Below, piece after piece: positions 56,387 through 64,000 of a stretch of DNA of 64,000 nt. Each line of letters begins with the position of its first letter. Within the stretch, counting starts at the first letter, position 1. The stretch is from an uncultured Gemmatimonadaceae bacterium (lineage in GTDB: Bacteria > Gemmatimonadota > Gemmatimonadetes > Gemmatimonadales > Gemmatimonadaceae): assembly GCA_963740355.1 (NCBI GenBank), contig CAVUDW010000002.1, forward strand, positions 416,001 to 480,000, in the 5' to 3' direction. Under the pieces are notes generated by a model. It was not told where the DNA came from, searched no databases, and saw only the letters and a program-made list of their open reading frames with translations. The position numbers and the translations under genes were made by a program.

Positions 56387-57542
56387 AACACCAGTCGAGC
56401 GCGAAGGCGGTGAGCACCGCGGTCGCAGCGTCGATTTCGGAGAGTGGGACGTATTCGGTGGCCGCGTGCGCGAGGGCAATATCACCGGGACCAAAACAGA
56501 CAGCCGGAATGCCGGCGTCATTGAGGAGCGCGGCATCGGTCCAGGCGCTCAGCCCCTCGATCGGCGGTGCGCTACCCCGCACACTCGCGCACGCTGACGC
56601 GAGCCGCGTCACCAGTGGTGCCTCCACCGACACATCACTCGGCCCCTGCGCGGTATCGACACGGACCGTAACGGCCAGTTGCGGGTCGATGGAGCGGAGC
56701 TCCGAGAGGATGGTCTCGACTTCACGCAACACCGAAGCAGTCGTCTCGCCAGGCACCGTGCGCCGCTCGACCCGAAGGGTGCACTGCTCCGGGTAGGTGC
56801 TCCAGCCGACGCCGCCAGCGATGGTGGACGCGTGAAGCGATGCGCGGCCCAGCAAGGGATGGGTGCGAGTCGGCAGAATGGTCCGCTGAAAGCGCTCCAG
56901 TGCCGTGAGGACCAGCGCTGCATGCTGGATGGCGTCGATGCCGAGGTCGTATCGGCTCCCGTGCGCGGCGCGGCCAGTGAATGCGAACTCCAGCCAGACG
57001 AAGCCGCGATGTGCCGGACAGACCGCCAGTCGCGTGGGCTCGGTGACCACGGCGACATCGGCGCGTGTCCCACGTTCGAGCATGGCGCGTGTGCCGAGTG
57101 ACTCGAATTCTTCATCGATAACGGCGGCGACGATGATCTCACCCCGGATCCCTCGCTGCGCTGCCTGCCAGGCGGCGACCGACATCGCCGCGATGCCCGC
57201 CTTCATGTCGCAGCTCCCGCGGCCGTACAGGCGGTCGCCATCGATCGTGGGCGAGAATGGCGGGTGATCCATGCCATCCACGCCCACCACATCGAGGTGG
57301 CCGTTGAACATCAGCGTCGGGGCGCCAGCGTCGGGGGTCCCGATTCGCGCGAGCAGGTTCGCGCGACCATCGCGCACGTCCTGCCACTCGAGGCGAAAGC
57401 CCCAGCCGCCGAGCACTTCGGCGAGGACGTGGGCACATCCAGACTCGCCTGGGGCGCCTGGGACGAGGGTTGGATTTCGCGAGTCGACGCGGACGAGTGT
57501 TTCCGTCAGGGCACGCGCATCACCGGGGCGGATTGGCATCAC
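56382..57542 (-). CDS. ArgE/DapE-family M20 deacylase
   Basis: NGHLDVV, GRGSCDMKAG, DEEFESLG, TEPT, GRAAHGS and AHAATE motifs. Confidence 0.92.
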   Translation of the reverse strand: MMPIRPGDARALTETLVRVDSRNPTLVPGAPGESGCAHVLAEVLGGWGFRLEWQDVRDGRANLLARIGTPDAGAPTLMFNGHLDVVGVDGMDHPPFSPTIDGDRLYGRGSCDMKAGIAAMSVAAWQAAQRGIRGEIIVAAVIDEEFESLGTRAMLERGTRADVAVVTEPTRLAVCPAHRGFVWLEFAFTGRAAHGSRYDLGIDAIQHAALVLTALERFQRTILPTRTHPLLGRASLHASTIAGGVGWSTYPEQCTLRVERRTVPGETTASVLREVETILSELRSIDPQLAVTVRVDTAQGPSDVSVEAPLVTRLASACASVRGSAPPIEGLSAWTDAALLNDAGIPAVCFGPGDIALAHAATEYVPLSEIDAATAVLTAFALDWCS

Positions 57543-58513
57543 GGAAGTTGGGTGTCGAGTCGATCATGGAACTGGACCTGTGCGCCGGCGCGTGCGACGC
57601 GCAGCGGGATCAATGTCGCATGGCGGGCGAGGGCGCTGCGGACATCGTCAACGCGCTTCGACTGTGCAATCACCAGCACGCAGCCGCCGCCGGAGGCGCC
57701 CAGCGCCTTTGTGCCGAGTGCACCTGCATTGGATACGTCAGTCACTATCTGATCGATTAGTGGCGTTGTGATGGTCGGATGGAGCGCCCGCTGGGCAGCC
57801 CACTGTTCATGCAGGAGTGTGCCCAGCTGGTCGATGTCGCCCAGTCGAAGTGCCGCTGCCATCTGCGGTGCGAGCGAAGCCATGGCGGCCAGCGCATCGC
57901 AGGTCTGCGGCTCGCCACCCCGCCACGCATCGAGTACGGCAGTGATCGTCCGCGCCGACATCCGGGACTCACCGGTGAACCCGATCAGTGCGCGACCTTC
58001 GAATTCGCGCACCGTGGCCTCGGTCAGCTCGATCGGGTGCGCACGGGTGGTCGCTCCGCACTCGAGCAGGAGCGCGCCGCCGTAGGCCGCCGCGAAGTGA
58101 TCCTGGCAGCCGCCCGCCAGGCCCATGGTGTCCACCTCGGTGCTCCGGCTGAGCTCCGCCAGACCGTGGGCGTCGAGCGCAATACCGTTCCACGCCGCGA
58201 ATGCTGCTGCCAGCGCCACGCCGGCCGCCGACGATCCGCCAAGTCCGGAACCGATCGGGATTTGCGAGCTGAGCTGCACTGCGACCGGTGGTGAGCCGGC
58301 GCGCTGCCAGGCGGCTCGCACCAGTGCGTCGGTTGGAGGCTCAGCCTGCGTGGTTGCCGAGACGGTCGCCGTCGCAAACAGCTCGATCGCCACGTTGCAG
58401 ACCGCACCGCCCACTGCTGTGGTGTACGGCGCGACGTCAGTCCAGCCACCCGCCAGGTCGACACGGGCAGGCGCGCTGCAGACAACGGCGGTGGTGGTTG
58501 GAGTACGGGGCAT
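57539..58513 (-). CDS. GHMP-family sugar kinase (HddA/fucokinase-like)
   Basis: APARVDLAGGWTD, PIGSGLGGSS, GGCQD and KALGASGGG motifs. Confidence 0.88.
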   Translation of the reverse strand: MPRTPTTTAVVCSAPARVDLAGGWTDVAPYTTAVGGAVCNVAIELFATATVSATTQAEPPTDALVRAAWQRAGSPPVAVQLSSQIPIGSGLGGSSAAGVALAAAFAAWNGIALDAHGLAELSRSTEVDTMGLAGGCQDHFAAAYGGALLLECGATTRAHPIELTEATVREFEGRALIGFTGESRMSARTITAVLDAWRGGEPQTCDALAAMASLAPQMAAALRLGDIDQLGTLLHEQWAAQRALHPTITTPLIDQIVTDVSNAGALGTKALGASGGGCVLVIAQSKRVDDVRSALARHATLIPLRVARAGAQVQFHDRLDTQLP

Positions 58514-58626
58514 GGCGGGCGAAGCTACCACGGTCCGGTGCCGGATGCATCGATTGGGTGGGCGTCCAGCGGTGGCGAGCGGTCGCTCGCGATCGGCCGT
58601 TTCCACGCGCTGGCCGGCGACAGACA

Positions 58627-58664
58627 AAATCGCCCGCCCCGCCATGAGGCGGAGCGGGCGATTT
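58627..58664 (-). terminator. Intrinsic terminator
   Basis: AAATCGCCCGC..CCGCC-atga-GGCGG..GCGGGCGATTT hairpin with T-tails, downstream of the H1-like gene. Confidence 0.7.
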
Positions 58665-58704
58665 CGGATCCAACGACGGCTCGCGCCGCCGCTGGGTCAG
58701 TGCA

Positions 58705-59514
58705 TCACTTCTTTTTCGGGGCCGGCTTGGCTGGCGTCTTGGCTGCAGCGGTCTTGGCAGCAACTTTCGCTGCCGGAGCCGCCTTCGCAACCACAGGTGC
58801 CTTGGCAGTAGTCTTCGCCGCCGGAACCGCTGCCTTCGGCGCCGGCGTACTCTTGGCAGCCGGTGCAGCAGCAGCCTTCTCGACCTTTGCGTCAGCCTTG
58901 GCGGCGGGCGCCGCTGCCTTGGCGTCAGCCTTAGGCGCAGCCTTCGCCACCGACGTCTTCGCCAGCGGAATCACCGTGGGCTCAGGAATCGGCGTTGGCG
59001 GTGCGACCTTGACCGGTGCCGGCGCCGGCGACGAAATCGTCGGTGGCCCAGCGGTCGGGCGACCCGCGTTGCTCACCGGCGCAGCAGGCAGCGACAGCGC
59101 TTCGGCGAGGCTGGCGAGCGGCTGAACCTTGGACGCGGTCGGCTTGCCCGGCACAGCCTTGCCCGGGGGCGGCTCGACCGGCTTCCGCTTCGACGCATAC
59201 TCCGCCACTTCGTCCAGCAGACCCTGCGCATCCTCGGTCGACATCAGCGCGCGGCGACGGAAATAGTCGACCACATCGCGGGTGCTCTCGAGGCTCAGTT
59301 CCGTATCAGCGATGGCGGCCCGCACGATGTTGCGCAGGGCGTTGGCCATCTTGCTGCCAGCTTCGAACTGGATTTCGTTCGCTCGGGCTGTCATCTCCGC
59401 GACCGTGTCGCGAATATCCGTGCCACGATGACCTGGGCTGCGCTTCACGGGCGCCGGAGTCGGCGCTGCCTCCGTGGGAGCTGCAGCGGGCACTTCGGGA
59501 GTCATGGGTTCCAT
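58705..59514 (-). CDS. Protein with a helical (phasin-like) domain and a histone-H1-like Ala/Lys/Pro tail
   Basis: C-terminal AAKTAAAKTPAKPAPKKK-type repeats; helical middle domain. Confidence 0.75.
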   Translation of the reverse strand: MEPMTPEVPAAAPTEAAPTPAPVKRSPGHRGTDIRDTVAEMTARANEIQFEAGSKMANALRNIVRAAIADTELSLESTRDVVDYFRRRALMSTEDAQGLLDEVAEYASKRKPVEPPPGKAVPGKPTASKVQPLASLAEALSLPAAPVSNAGRPTAGPPTISSPAPAPVKVAPPTPIPEPTVIPLAKTSVAKAAPKADAKAAAPAAKADAKVEKAAAAPAAKSTPAPKAAVPAAKTTAKAPVVAKAAPAAKVAAKTAAAKTPAKPAPKKK

Positions 59515-59733
59515 ACAGATTGATGGGCGCCATCGCACGGGACATACAGCCCGGATCGGCGCGTCAGATACAACGAATCGCCACGTCAGCGCGCCCTCGG
59601 CGCAACGCGGCTAAGTAACAACTGCGGAAGAATAAGTGTTCGTCTCGAATCCGCAAGTGATGGAAAGACAAGAAGTTGGGTTGAGCGCGATCCTTACGCA
59701 ATCACGATTGTCCGTCACCAACGCGCCACTAAC

Positions 59734-60834
59734 ATGACGTCATTGCCGCTGTCTGGCGTAAAAATCCTCGATCTCAGTCGCGTTTTGGCGGGTCCGCTCT
59801 GCAGCATGACCCTCGCGGATCTGGGTGCGAACGTGATCAAGGTCGAACGCCCGGAGGGAGGCGACGAGACGCGGGGATGGGGGCCGCCGTTCGATGGCCG
59901 CGGTGAGTCGGCCTATTTCCTGAGCATCAATCGCAACAAGCGCTCGCTCACCGCCGACCTCGAGCGCGAGGACGATCGGCTTCTGCTCCATGGCCTGTTA
60001 CGCGATGCCGATGTCGTTATCGAAAACTTCCTTCCCGGTGCGTTGTCGCGAAAAAGATTTGATGCTGCTGAGATACTGGCGCAGTTCCCGAGGCTGATAT
60101 GGTGCTCGATCCGAGGGTATCCGGGCGACCAATCACGCCCAGGATACGACTTTGCAGTGCAAGCCGAGTCCGGTTGGATGAGTGTGACTGGGGATCGGGA
60201 AGGCTCGCCTGTGAAGACGGCCGTCGCTCTGGTTGACGTGCTGACCGGGAAGGATGCTGCGATCGCCATTCTGGCGGCACTCGTCGGACGCCGCGACCGA
60301 CCTGCGGCGGAGAGGCATCTCGTACTCACCCTCGGTGCCAGCGCAGCGGCGGCACTGGTGAATGTGGCGCAGAATGCCTTGGTGTCGGGTCAGGAGGCGG
60401 GTCGATGGGGGAACGCCCATGCGAACCTCGTTCCCTATCAACTGTTCGACACCGCCGATCGGCCGATCGTGATCGCCGTGGGCAATGATGCGCAGTGGCG
60501 CGCGCTGACCGGAGTGCTGGGCGATACCGCGCTTGCCGATGATCCGTCGTTGTCGACCAACGCTGGCCGCGTAACCAACCGGGCGCAGTGTGTCGAGCGG
60601 GTGCAGCGCCTGCTTCGCACACATGGCGCGGAGGTCTGGAAGGCGGCCTGCCTGAGGGCTGGCGTGCCGGTCGGTCTGGTGCGCACGGTGCGCGAAGCGC
60701 TCCAGGATGTCGAGGCCTCGGCACTCACGGGTGTGTCATCGAGTGTTGGCGGCGTCGTGCGTCGGCCGCCGCCGCTGCTCGGTGAGCATACGGCGGAGAT
60801 TCGTGCGCACGGTTGGGGTCCAGCAGGCAGCTGA
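59734..60834 (+). CDS. CaiB/BaiF family III CoA transferase
   Basis: DLSRVLAGP, LADLGANVIKVE, NRNKRS, ENFLPG, PGYD and PPLLGEHT motifs. Confidence 0.95.
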   Translation: MTSLPLSGVKILDLSRVLAGPLCSMTLADLGANVIKVERPEGGDETRGWGPPFDGRGESAYFLSINRNKRSLTADLEREDDRLLLHGLLRDADVVIENFLPGALSRKRFDAAEILAQFPRLIWCSIRGYPGDQSRPGYDFAVQAESGWMSVTGDREGSPVKTAVALVDVLTGKDAAIAILAALVGRRDRPAAERHLVLTLGASAAAALVNVAQNALVSGQEAGRWGNAHANLVPYQLFDTADRPIVIAVGNDAQWRALTGVLGDTALADDPSLSTNAGRVTNRAQCVERVQRLLRTHGAEVWKAACLRAGVPVGLVRTVREALQDVEASALTGVSSSVGGVVRRPPPLLGEHTAEIRAHGWGPAGS

Positions 60835-60864
60835 CACCTAGGGCATCGCAGCCTCACCCGAACG

Positions 60865-60891
60865 TGTGACGCCACCCGGGATGTATCGTCT
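60865..60891 (+). promoter_or_regulatory. Putative ECF-type autoregulatory promoter
   Basis: TGTGAC-N16-CGTCT upstream of the ECF sigma gene. Confidence 0.45.
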
Positions 60892-60967
60892 CTGGGGTGC
60901 CATGGGAACACTCGTCATGCCATCCGGGACGTTGTGGGGGGGATCGCACGGTAGTTATCGTGCGATT

Positions 60968-61543
60968 GTGCAAACTCCCCCTCAAACACTTCCGGCTGAC
61001 ATTGCCGAGCAGGCGGACGTCGACGCCCGATCCATCGCCCGCGTGCTGGCGGGTGATCGTGAGGCCTTCGCCGTCCTGGTGACGAAGTACAGCGATCCGC
61101 TGTACCGGCACGCGCTGAACATGACAGGAAGTCCTGATGTCGCCGAGGACATCATGCAGGCTTCCTTCATCAAGGCTTTTTCGCATCTCGGTGAGGTGCG
61201 AGGCCGGTTCGATGCCTGGATTTTCCGAATCGTAGCGAACGGGTGCAAGGATTGGTTGAAGAACATCCGACGCACGCACGTGAGTTACGAAGAGGATGAT
61301 CAGCCGTCACACCTGACGACGCCTGACGAAGAGCTTGATCGTAGTGAGCTCCGAGTCGACCTCGACTGGGCCCTTGGCCAGCTGTCGCCGTCGTTGCGGG
61401 AGGCCTTCGTGATGAAGCATGTCGAAGGTCGGTCGTACGAGGAGATGGCCGAGATGCTGGACTCTACCGTCGGCGCGCTCAAGATGCGTGTGCATCGTGC
61501 ACGCGAAGCGCTGCAGGCTCTTCTCGAGGAGAAGTACGCATGA
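60968..61543 (+). CDS. ECF RNA polymerase sigma factor
   Basis: GDREAF, AEDIMQASF, FDAWIFRIVAN and SYEEMAEML..TVGALKMRVHRAR motifs. Confidence 0.93.
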   Translation: MQTPPQTLPADIAEQADVDARSIARVLAGDREAFAVLVTKYSDPLYRHALNMTGSPDVAEDIMQASFIKAFSHLGEVRGRFDAWIFRIVANGCKDWLKNIRRTHVSYEEDDQPSHLTTPDEELDRSELRVDLDWALGQLSPSLREAFVMKHVEGRSYEEMAEMLDSTVGALKMRVHRAREALQALLEEKYA

Positions 61544-62019
61544 TGATGGACATGACACCGAATCCAGAGGGCGCGCGGGGCGACCGTGAAGTCACCCCGC
61601 CCTCGGCGAACAAGCCCCTGGCAGATCGGCCCTTGGTCGATCGTGAAGTTCCGCTGCGCGCTGATGGTGCGATGGCGGCGTTGAACGCGTGGCTCGATGG
61701 GGAAGCCCCGGCCCCGCGTCTGGCGAACAATCAGCTCACCCCCGAGGCCGAACTCTGGTCCCGGATCAGTCGCGAAGCATCGGCGCGCAAGGAAGTCCGC
61801 ACGCCTGCTCATGTGGCCGCGCAGATCATGAACGCGCTGCCGCCTGCGACCGCGGCTCGTCTGGTCGCGGCTCCGGCTGTTCATAGCTCGACCGAGACGT
61901 TCGCCCGTGCCGTTCCGACACAGGCGACGACCTCGGGCATCACCATGCAGCCGACGACGCTCGCGCTGCTGGCCGTGGTCTTCATGACCCTCGGCGCGGT
62001 GATCGCGCGCTTCTTGTAG
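61540..62019 (+). CDS. Putative membrane anti-sigma factor
   Basis: ATGA overlap with the sigma gene; LNAWLDGE ASD-like motif; single C-terminal TM. Confidence 0.7.
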   Translation: MMMDMTPNPEGARGDREVTPPSANKPLADRPLVDREVPLRADGAMAALNAWLDGEAPAPRLANNQLTPEAELWSRISREASARKEVRTPAHVAAQIMNALPPATAARLVAAPAVHSSTETFARAVPTQATTSGITMQPTTLALLAVVFMTLGAVIARFL

Positions 62020-62052
62020 TTCGCGTCGCGGTTGCGACGGATCGGTACAACG

Positions 62053-62083
62053 CGGGGCGGCGATCAGTGTGATCGCCGCCCCG
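62053..62083 (+). terminator. 14-bp hairpin terminator
   Basis: CGGGGCGGCGATCA-gtg-TGATCGCCGCCCCG followed by TTGT. Confidence 0.7.
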
Positions 62084-62112
62084 TTGTGCGTATCCCGTGC
62101 GTGAAAACGACT

Positions 62113-62260
62113 CCAAGGAGTCAGAACAACATCAAGGGGTCAGAGATCTTGAAAAAAATGATGATGCGGCGTCATCAAATCTTTCAAGATCTCTGACCCC
62201 TTGATCGCGAATCTTTCAAGATCTCTGACCCCTTGATCTCTGACCCCTTGATCGGACCCC
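62113..62260. repeat. REP/MITE-like cluster of 24-bp GGGGTCAGA/TCTGACCCC repeats
   Basis: ATCAAGGGGTCAGAGATCTTGAAA at 62131-62154; exact reverse complements at 62182-62205 and 62214-62237; partial copies on both sides. Confidence 0.85.
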
Positions 62261-62287
62261 TCGACCGGCCGGCGACGTGGTCGCGCC

Positions 62288-63700
62288 TCAGATGTGAATC
62301 GCGCGCCCCAGCACCGCCAGCGCCGCTTCCTTCACCGTCTCGCCAAGCGTCGGATGCGCGTGCGTGGTGATCGCGATGTCCTCCGCTGAACCCTTGTACT
62401 CCACCGCCAGCACGATCTCCTGAATCAGGTCGCCGGCGTTGGCGCCGAGAATGTGGCAGCCGAGCAGTTCATCCGTGGTGGCATCGGCGATGATCTTCAC
62501 GAAGCCGTTCGTTTCGCCAAGGCAGCGCGCGCGACCATTCGCCGAGAACGGGAACTTGCCGGTCTTGTAGGCACGGCCCGAGGCCTTCACCTCGGCCTCC
62601 GTGAGGCCGACCGTCGCGATTTCGGGCCAGGTGTAGACCACGCCCGGAATCGCGGCGTAGTGCATGTGCACCTTCTTCCCGGCGATCACCTCCGCCGCGA
62701 TCACCCCTTCTTCTTCCGCCTTGTGCGCCAGCAGCTTGCCGCCGGCGACGTCACCGATGGCGAAGACACCAGGAAGATTGGTGCGCATCTGACCGTCCAC
62801 CGCAATCGAACCATTCTTCTGCAGCGCGAGGCCCAGGCCAGCGGCATCGATGCCATGCAGCAGCGGCTTGCGACCGACGCTCACCAGCACCACATCCGCC
62901 TCCAGCACTTCGCTCGCGCCGTCCTTTTCGACGGTCAGCTTGATCACCTTCTTCGACGACAGGTCGGCGGCCGTCACCTTGGTCCCGGTGCGGATCGCGA
63001 GGCCCTGCTTGGAGAAGATGCGTGTCGCGTCCTTGATCACATCGTCGTCGTTGCCCGGCAGGATCGTCGGCATGAACTCGACCACCGTGACTTCGGCGCC
63101 AAGACGACGCCAGACTGAACCGAGCTCGAGTCCGATCACGCCGCCGCCCACCACGATCAGGCGCTTCGGCACCGACTCCAGGGTCAACGCGCCGATGTTC
63201 GACACCACGCGCTTTTCGTCGAACTTGAGGAACGGCAGCTCGACCGACGCCGAGCCGGTGGCGATGATGACGTTCTTCGCCGCGTAACTGGTGACTGTGC
63301 CATCCGCCGCGGTGACCTCCACCACGTTGCCGGCCTTCAGTGCACCGGCGCCGCGGGCCCAGGTGACCTTGTTCTTCTTGAAGAGGAACTCGACGCCCTT
63401 CGTGTTCGCGCTGACCACGTCGTTCTTGCGCTTCATCATCTGCGCCAGGTCGACCGACACCTTCTCGATCACGACGCCGTGGTCGGCGGCCGAATGCTTC
63501 GCGAACTCGAAGTGCTCACTGCTGGTCAGCAGCGCCTTGGATGGGATGCAGCCGACGTTGACGCAGGTACCGCCCAGCGTCTTGTCCATCTCGACGCAGA
63601 CCGTGTTCAGCCCGAGCTGCGCGGCGCGAATCGCGGCCACGTAGCCCCCGGGCCCGCCGCCGATGACGACGACATCGGCGGGGATCGATGCAGTGGCCAC
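62288..63700 (-). CDS. lpdA: Dihydrolipoyl dehydrogenase (E3)
   Basis: GGGPGGYVAA, GGTCVNVGCIPSK, GGGVIGLELG and HAHPTLGE motifs. Confidence 0.97.
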   Translation of the reverse strand: MATASIPADVVVIGGGPGGYVAAIRAAQLGLNTVCVEMDKTLGGTCVNVGCIPSKALLTSSEHFEFAKHSAADHGVVIEKVSVDLAQMMKRKNDVVSANTKGVEFLFKKNKVTWARGAGALKAGNVVEVTAADGTVTSYAAKNVIIATGSASVELPFLKFDEKRVVSNIGALTLESVPKRLIVVGGGVIGLELGSVWRRLGAEVTVVEFMPTILPGNDDDVIKDATRIFSKQGLAIRTGTKVTAADLSSKKVIKLTVEKDGASEVLEADVVLVSVGRKPLLHGIDAAGLGLALQKNGSIAVDGQMRTNLPGVFAIGDVAGGKLLAHKAEEEGVIAAEVIAGKKVHMHYAAIPGVVYTWPEIATVGLTEAEVKASGRAYKTGKFPFSANGRARCLGETNGFVKIIADATTDELLGCHILGANAGDLIQEIVLAVEYKGSAEDIAITTHAHPTLGETVKEAALAVLGRAIHI

Positions 63701-63703
63701 GGG

Positions 63704-64000
63704 TCAGTCCACCAGCATCGCGGCCGGATCTTCCATCAACTCCTTGATCCGGACGAGGAAGAGCACCGCCTGCTGGCCATCGATGACGCGATGATCGTAG
63801 CTCAGCGCGACGTACATCATCGGGCGGATCTCGACCTTGCCGTCGATCGCAACCGGGCGATCCTGCGTCTTGTGCAGGCCGAGGATGGCGACCTGCGGGT
63901 AGTTGATGATCGGCGTCGAGATGAGTGAGCCGAACACGCCACCGTTGGTGATTGTGAAGGTGCCGCCCGTCAGGTCATCCATCGCCAGCTTGCCGGTGCG
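63704..64000 (-). CDS. sucB: Dihydrolipoyl succinyltransferase (E2), C-terminal part
   Basis: [22 protein letters not shown] and [17 protein letters not shown] motifs; 5' part lies outside the window. Confidence 0.9.
   Translation of the reverse strand, partial: RTGKLAMDDLTGGTFTITNGGVFGSLISTPIINYPQVAILGLHKTQDRPVAIDGKVEIRPMMYVALSYDHRVIDGQQAVLFLVRIKELMEDPAAMLVD

Noticed and set aside
60905..60933. GGAAC...CGTT ECF promoter
   Set aside because: Spacer is 20 nt, too long for the usual 16-17
62113..62260. CRISPR array or IS ends
   Set aside because: Mixed orientations, no unique spacers of regular length, no transposase and no target-site duplication seen

Overview
High-GC (roughly 65-70% by eye), gene-dense bacterial chromosome segment. 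Gene content and several lineage-typical hypothetical proteins suggest Gemmatimonadota (inference, not tested). It contains about 52 CDS and no rRNA, tRNA, CRISPR array, transposase or prophage that I can see. Contents in order: nucleoside-type (BMP) ABC transporter; TetR/aldo-keto reductase pair; nrtR-nadB-nadA-nadC operon with two tandem NrtR boxes and a doubly frameshifted nadB; acyl-CoA dehydrogenase; YyaL-like protein; PHP-domain membrane protein; M20 peptidase; an apparent rho-tamA-tamB operon in which Rho has a long disordered, AT-hook-bearing N-terminus; DUF1800-DUF1501-polysaccharide deacetylase genes divergent from a GGDEF-STAND ATPase-TPR fusion; an orphan response regulator; S8 protease; thyX; FAD oxidoreductase; squalene-synthase-like enzyme; thiolase; a maltokinase-like pseudokinase; a four-gene reductase/MBL hydrolase/adenylating enzyme/FabH-like cluster; an rnhA operon ending in a gene with a degenerate PD-(D/E)xK nuclease domain that is in frame with a zinc-ribbon ORF; histone-H1-like protein; CoA transferase; ECF sigma/anti-sigma pair; REP-like repeats; lpdA and partial sucB. 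The best candidates for under-described systems are the GGDEF-STAND-TPR locus, the ole-like four-gene cluster, the dead-nuclease/zinc-ribbon pair and the atypical Rho operon. All family calls come from motif recognition, not database searches.
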